A model generated the notes under the pieces. It was not told the origin of the DNA. It saw nothing but the letters and a program-made list of their open reading frames with translations, and did no database searches. From positions 12,338,001-12,402,000 of the forward strand of contig NC_086108.1 in assembly GCF_963921235.1 (NCBI RefSeq): DNA of 64,000 nt, given 5' to 3'. The first letter of the stretch is position 1; each line of letters begins with the position of its first letter. The stretch comes from Mobula hypostoma (taxonomy: Eukaryota). The position numbers and the translations under genes are program-made. Below, piece after piece: positions 59,371-64,000 of this stretch.

Positions 59371-62300
59371 AAAGAGGATTTCTTGGAATGTATGCGGGAT
59401 GGTTTTCTGAACCAATATGTTGAGGAACGAACTAGAGAGCAGGCCATTCTAGACTAGGTCTTGAGCAATGAGGAAGGGTTAATTAGCAATCTTATCGTGA
59501 GAGGCCCCTTGGGTAAGAGTGACCATAATATGATGGAATTCTTCATTAAGATGGAGAGTGACATGGTTAATTCAGAAACAAAGGTTCTGAACTTAAAGAA
59601 GGGTAACTTTGAAGGTATGAGACGTGAATTAGCTAAGATAGACTGGCAAATGATACTTAAAGGGTTCACGGTGGATATGCAATGGCAAGCATTTAAAGAT
59701 CACATGGATGAACTACAACAATTGTTCATCCCAGTTTGGCAAAAGAATAAATCAAGGAAGGTAGTGCACCCGTGGCTGACAAGGGAAATTAGGGATAGTA
59801 TCAATTCCAAAGAAGAAACATACAAATTAGCCAGAAAAAGTAGCACACCTGAGGATTGGGAGAAATTCAGAGTCCAGCAGAGGAGGACAAAGGGCTTAAT
59901 TAGGAAAGGGAAAAAAGATTATGAAAGAAAGCTGGCAGGGAACATAAAAACTGACTGTAAAAGCTTTTATAGATATGTGAAAAGAAAAAGATTGGTTAAG
60001 ACAAATGTAGGTCCCTTACAGTCAGAAACAGGTGAATTGATCATGGGGAGCAAGGACATGGCAGACCAATTGAATAACTACTTTGGTTCTGTCTTCACTA
60101 AGGAGGTGTCATGGTCCAGATCGGGGTCCCTTTAAACTTACCTTGTTTATGTTATGATCCGGACCGTTGATTCCCTGTTTTCCCGTGTCCCTCGGCTTTG
60201 GTGATTAGAGGCAATTAACGCTCGGTTGAACCGGTAGTTTATAGTCTCCGGCTTTCAGCCGTTTGGCGCGGAAGCGTCTGCAAAGTCATCAAAAGTACGG
60301 TGTTTCCTCATCAAGGTGGGTCTATCAGTTAACCCACCGGAGAGAATCAGGAGCCACTGTCTACTGTTCCTGGGCCGAGTCTAGAGCTCGCCACTACCCG
60401 GAGGTTCCAAGCACCACGTCCTGGCTCCGGCGGCATCCAAGTACCAAGTCCTGGCCCTGGCAGCGTTCAAGTACCACGTCCAAGTCCCGGCCCTGGCGGC
60501 ATCCGAGTACCAAGTCCAAGTCCTGGCCCCGGCGGCATCCGAGTACCAAGTTGAGTCCTGACCCCGGCGGCATCCGAGTACCAAGTTGAGTCCTGACCCC
60601 AGCGGTCTGTGATTCCTGTCCTACCCCCCTTGTCTGAATCCCTTCTCTGCCCCTCTCACCTCTAGCCCTCGTCTGCAGCCCTCGCCTGCACTTCAGTCTA
60701 GTTCTATTGCCGGAGCTAGATAGGCACTGTCTGGTGTTCTTTTGTGTTGGTCTTGTCTTGTCTTGTCCTCGCCTCCATGGGGTAAGTCTGGCCGTCTTGC
60801 CGTTGCCCCGCGGGGGGTCATGTCTTGTCTTGTCTTGTCCTCGCCTCCGTGGGGTAAGTCTGGCCGTCTTGCCATTGCCCCGCGGAGGGTCATGAGTCCC
60901 GGCCCTATGTCCTGTACCCAAGGAGGGGTCCCGACTCTGTATTCTGTGTATGTGTCCATGGTTCCACGTACCTGCTCTCCCGAGACCGAGGCTCTGTATT
61001 CCATGTTCCTCCTCTCCCTAGCCCATGTCATGTCCATGCCTGGTTCTGGGGTCCGAGCCCAAGGCAAGACCCAGGTACTAGGGTCCTTGCCCAGTCTCGG
61101 GCTCGGAGTCCATACCCTAGCCTCTCCATGTCTCCTCTAGTTCTGGGAGCCGATTCCGAGTCCCAGCCTAGACCCTTGGTCCCAGCCTGGTCGTAGTCCT
61201 GAATCCTTGTCCAGTTCGCTACTCCTGCTCCTGCCTCGCTCTCCTGGTATTGAACAATAAACTAAATCTATGTAACCTCACAAGATGTGTCTTGCATTTG
61301 GGTCCACCCTCGCTCCCAATGCCCCCGCCATTGTGACAGGAGGACATAACTAATCTTCCGGAAATAGTAGAGGACCGAGGGTCCAGTGAGATGGAGGAAC
61401 TGAAGGAAATACATGTTAGTAGGGAAGTGGTGTTAGGTAAATTGAAGGGATTAAAGGCAGATAAATCCCAAGGGCCAGATAGTATACATCCCAGAGTGCT
61501 TAAGGAAGTAGCCCAAGAAATAGTGGATACATTAGTGATAATTTTTCAAAACTCTTTAAATTCTGGACTAGTTCCTGAGGATTGGAGGGTGGCTAATGTA
61601 ACCCTGCTTTTTAATAAAGGAGGGAGAGAGAAACCGGGGAATTATAGACCGGTTAGCCTGACATCGGTGGTGGGGAAAATGCTGGAGTCAGTTGTCAAAG
61701 ATGTGATAACAGCACATTTGGAACACGGTGAAATCATCGGACAAAGTCAGCATGGATTTGTGAAAGGAAAATCATGTCTGACAAATCTCATAGATTTTTT
61801 GAGGATGTAGCTAGTAGAGTGGATAGGGGAGAACCAGTGGATGTGGTATATTTGGATTTTCAAAAGGCTTTCGACAAGGTCCCACACAGGAGATTAGTGT
61901 GCAAACTTAATGCACACGGTATTGTGGGTATGGTATTGACGTGGATAGAAAATTGGTTGGCAGACAGGAAGCAAAGAGTGGGAATAAACGGGACCTTTTC
62001 AGAATGGCAGGCAGTGACTAGTGGGGTACCGCAAGGCTCAATGCTGGGACACCAGTTGTTTACAATATATATTAATGACTTAGACAAGGGAATTAAATGC
62101 AGCATCTCCAAGTTTGCGGATGACACGAAGCTGGGCGGCAGTGTTAGCTGTGAGGAGGATGCTAAGAGGATGCAGGGTGACTTGGATGGGTTAGGTGAGT
62201 GGGCAAATTCATGGCAGATGCAATTTAATATGGATAAATGTGAAGTTATCCACTTTGGTGGCAAGAACAGGAAAACAGATTATTATCTGAATGGTGGCCG

Positions 62301-63047
62301 ATTAGGAAAAGGGGAGGTGCAATGAGACCTGGGTGTCATTGTACACCAGTCGTTGAAAGTGGGCATGCAAGTACAGCAGGCGGTGAAAAAGGCGAATGGT
62401 ATGCTGGCATTCATAGCAAGAGGATTCGAGTACAGGAGCAGGGAGGTACTACTGCAGTTGTACAAGGCCTTGGTGAGATCACACCTGGAGTATTGTGTGC
62501 AGTTTTGGTCCCCTAATCTGAGGAAAGACATTCTTGCCATAGAGGGGGTACAAAGTAGGTTCACCAGATTGATTCCTGAGATGGCAGGACTTTCATATGA
62601 TGAAAGACTGGATCGACTAGGCTTATACTCTCTGGAATTTAGAAAATTGAGGGGGGATCTTATTGAAATGTATACAATTCTAAAGAGATTGGACAGGCTA
62701 GATGCAGGAAGATTGTTCCCAATCTTGGGGAAGTCCAGAACGAGGGGTCACAGTTTGAGGATAAAGGGGAAGCCTTTTAGGACCGAGATGAGGATAAACT
62801 TCTTCACACAGAGAGTGGTGAATCTGTGGAATTCTCTGCCACAGGAAACAGTTGAGGTCAGTTCATTGTCTATATTTAAGAGGGAGTTAGATATGGCCCT
62901 TGTGGCTAAAGGGATCAAGGGGTATGGAGAGAAGGCAGGTACAGGGTTCTGAGTTGGACGATCAGCCATGATCATACTGAATGGCGGTGCAGGCCCAAAG
63001 GGCCGAATGGCCTACTCCTGCACCTATTTTCTATGTTTCTATGTTTC
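59371..63047 (+). mobile_element. Young CR1 LINE (endonuclease C-terminus, RT, 3' UTR), interrupted by a solo LTR
   Basis: ORFs 59461-60135 (SDHN), 61391-61810, 61774-62325 (KFADDTK) and 62353-62952; frameshift near 61795, stop at 62323; (CTATGTTT)n tail; taag duplicated at the flanks; same subfamily as 24131-25689. Confidence 0.96.
60107..61338 (+). mobile_element. Solo LTR (Gypsy-like), 1,232 bp
   Basis: TGTCA...TGACA termini; perfect 5-bp TSD GGAGG; AATAAA at about 61256; removal restores the CR1 frame VFTKEDITNLPEI; internal 30-36-bp and 72-bp tandem repeats. Confidence 0.93.
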
Positions 63048-63396
63048 TAAGGAACCCCTTCGAATATCGCTGTTTCCCATCACCCCTCGATGGGACTGTC
63101 TTGTTGCAGGGAAACAAGCCCAGTGGTTGCAATGATTTTATATGTTCATACGAGGAAAATATGCGCTGTGTGTTTAATATCCAAACGTTACTTAAAATGT
63201 TATAATGCTATTGACTTATAAGTGACTTATAATTGACTTATCACTATATTCATGCAAGGAAAATATGCACTGTGTGCTCAATATTAAATCTGTTAGATAA
63301 GCCCTTTTAGAAACGAAATTGAGTATATTAGCCACTTATAAGTGACTTATAGTTGACTTATCACCTATATTCCGGTCGTGATTAACACCCCTGCCC

Positions 63397-63888
63397 CAGG
63401 GTTGCCAACTATCTCATATTAGCCAAGACATCCCGTATATTGGGCTAAATTGGTTTGTCCCATACAGGACTGCCCTTGTCCCGTATTTCCCCCACTAAGG
63501 TAGTGTGTTCCTATGAAACCTTTCATGCCGAAGTGGCGTAAAGCGAAGAAGCAATTACCATTCATTTATATGGGAAAAACTTTTGAGCTTTCCCAGACCC
63601 AAAAAATAACCTACCAAATCATACCAAATAACACATAAAACCTAAAATAACACTAACATATCATAAAAGCAGGAATGATATGATAAATACACAGCCTATA
63701 TGAATTAAAAATAATGTATGTACAGTGTAGTTTCACTGAACAGAATCGCCAAAAACGATCTGTAAAAAAAAATCGGCACGTACACGCATGTGCACACAAG
63801 TGCCCGCGCAAGGCTTCATGGTCATGGTAGTCTTTCTCAGGGTAAACACAACATATTTGACTGCTACTTCAGTCCGTTGGCAACCCTA
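63397..63888. mobile_element. Small TIR element (hAT/Blackjack-type MITE) nested in the Charlie-like element
   Basis: Termini CAGGGTTGCCAAC / GTTGGCAACCCTA; sits in a C-rich tract; TSD not resolvable. Confidence 0.7.
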
Positions 63889-64000
63889 TCCCCCACCCCC
63901 CCGGTCGGCCGGTCCGCAAGAATATTGTCAATAATAAACCAGTCCACAGTGCAAATAAGGTTGGGGACCCCTGCAGTAGTGGACAAATTATTGGAAGGAA

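Larger units (their letters stand above)
58972..63973 (+). mobile_element. Non-autonomous hAT (Charlie-like) DNA transposon, host of nested insertions
   Basis: 15-bp TIRs CTGTGGTCCCCAACC / GGTTGGGGACCCCTG (2 mismatches); perfect 8-bp TSD CAGTAGTG (58964-58971, 63974-63981); transposase C-terminal remnant. Confidence 0.93.

Noticed and set aside
60263..61140. Repetitive ORFs inside the LTR
   Set aside because: Products of internal tandem repeats; no gag/pol motifs, and the TSD directly follows the terminus (solo LTR)

Overview
Eukaryotic, repeat-dominated DNA, most likely from a cartilaginous fish (ray/shark). That assignment is an inference from HE1/V-SINE-like SINEs together with CR1, Rex1/Babar and Penelope-like families. 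No host protein-coding gene can be identified; there is only one weak 63-bp exon candidate. Almost all ORFs in the track are LINE or transposon remnants, or artefacts of tandem repeats. Main structures: (1) an exact head-to-tail triplication of a ~7,347-bp unit (33612-55652); (2) a 5.6-kb (GAGTGAGTCA/GAGTGGGGTG) satellite with higher-order structure; (3) a nest at 58972-63973 in which a hAT transposon contains a CR1 (itself holding a solo LTR) plus a second TIR element, with clear TSDs on the hAT and the LTR; (4) Penelope-like element ends carrying minimal type-I hammerhead ribozyme motifs, including an inverted pair; (5) an AT-rich R4/Dong-clade retrotransposon next to (TAA)n; (6) several minisatellites (22, 56, 27, 72, 60 and 67 bp units), one grown inside a SINE and one split by a solo LTR. 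I found no evidence for a wholly new biological system; the points of interest concern mobile-element and repeat biology.
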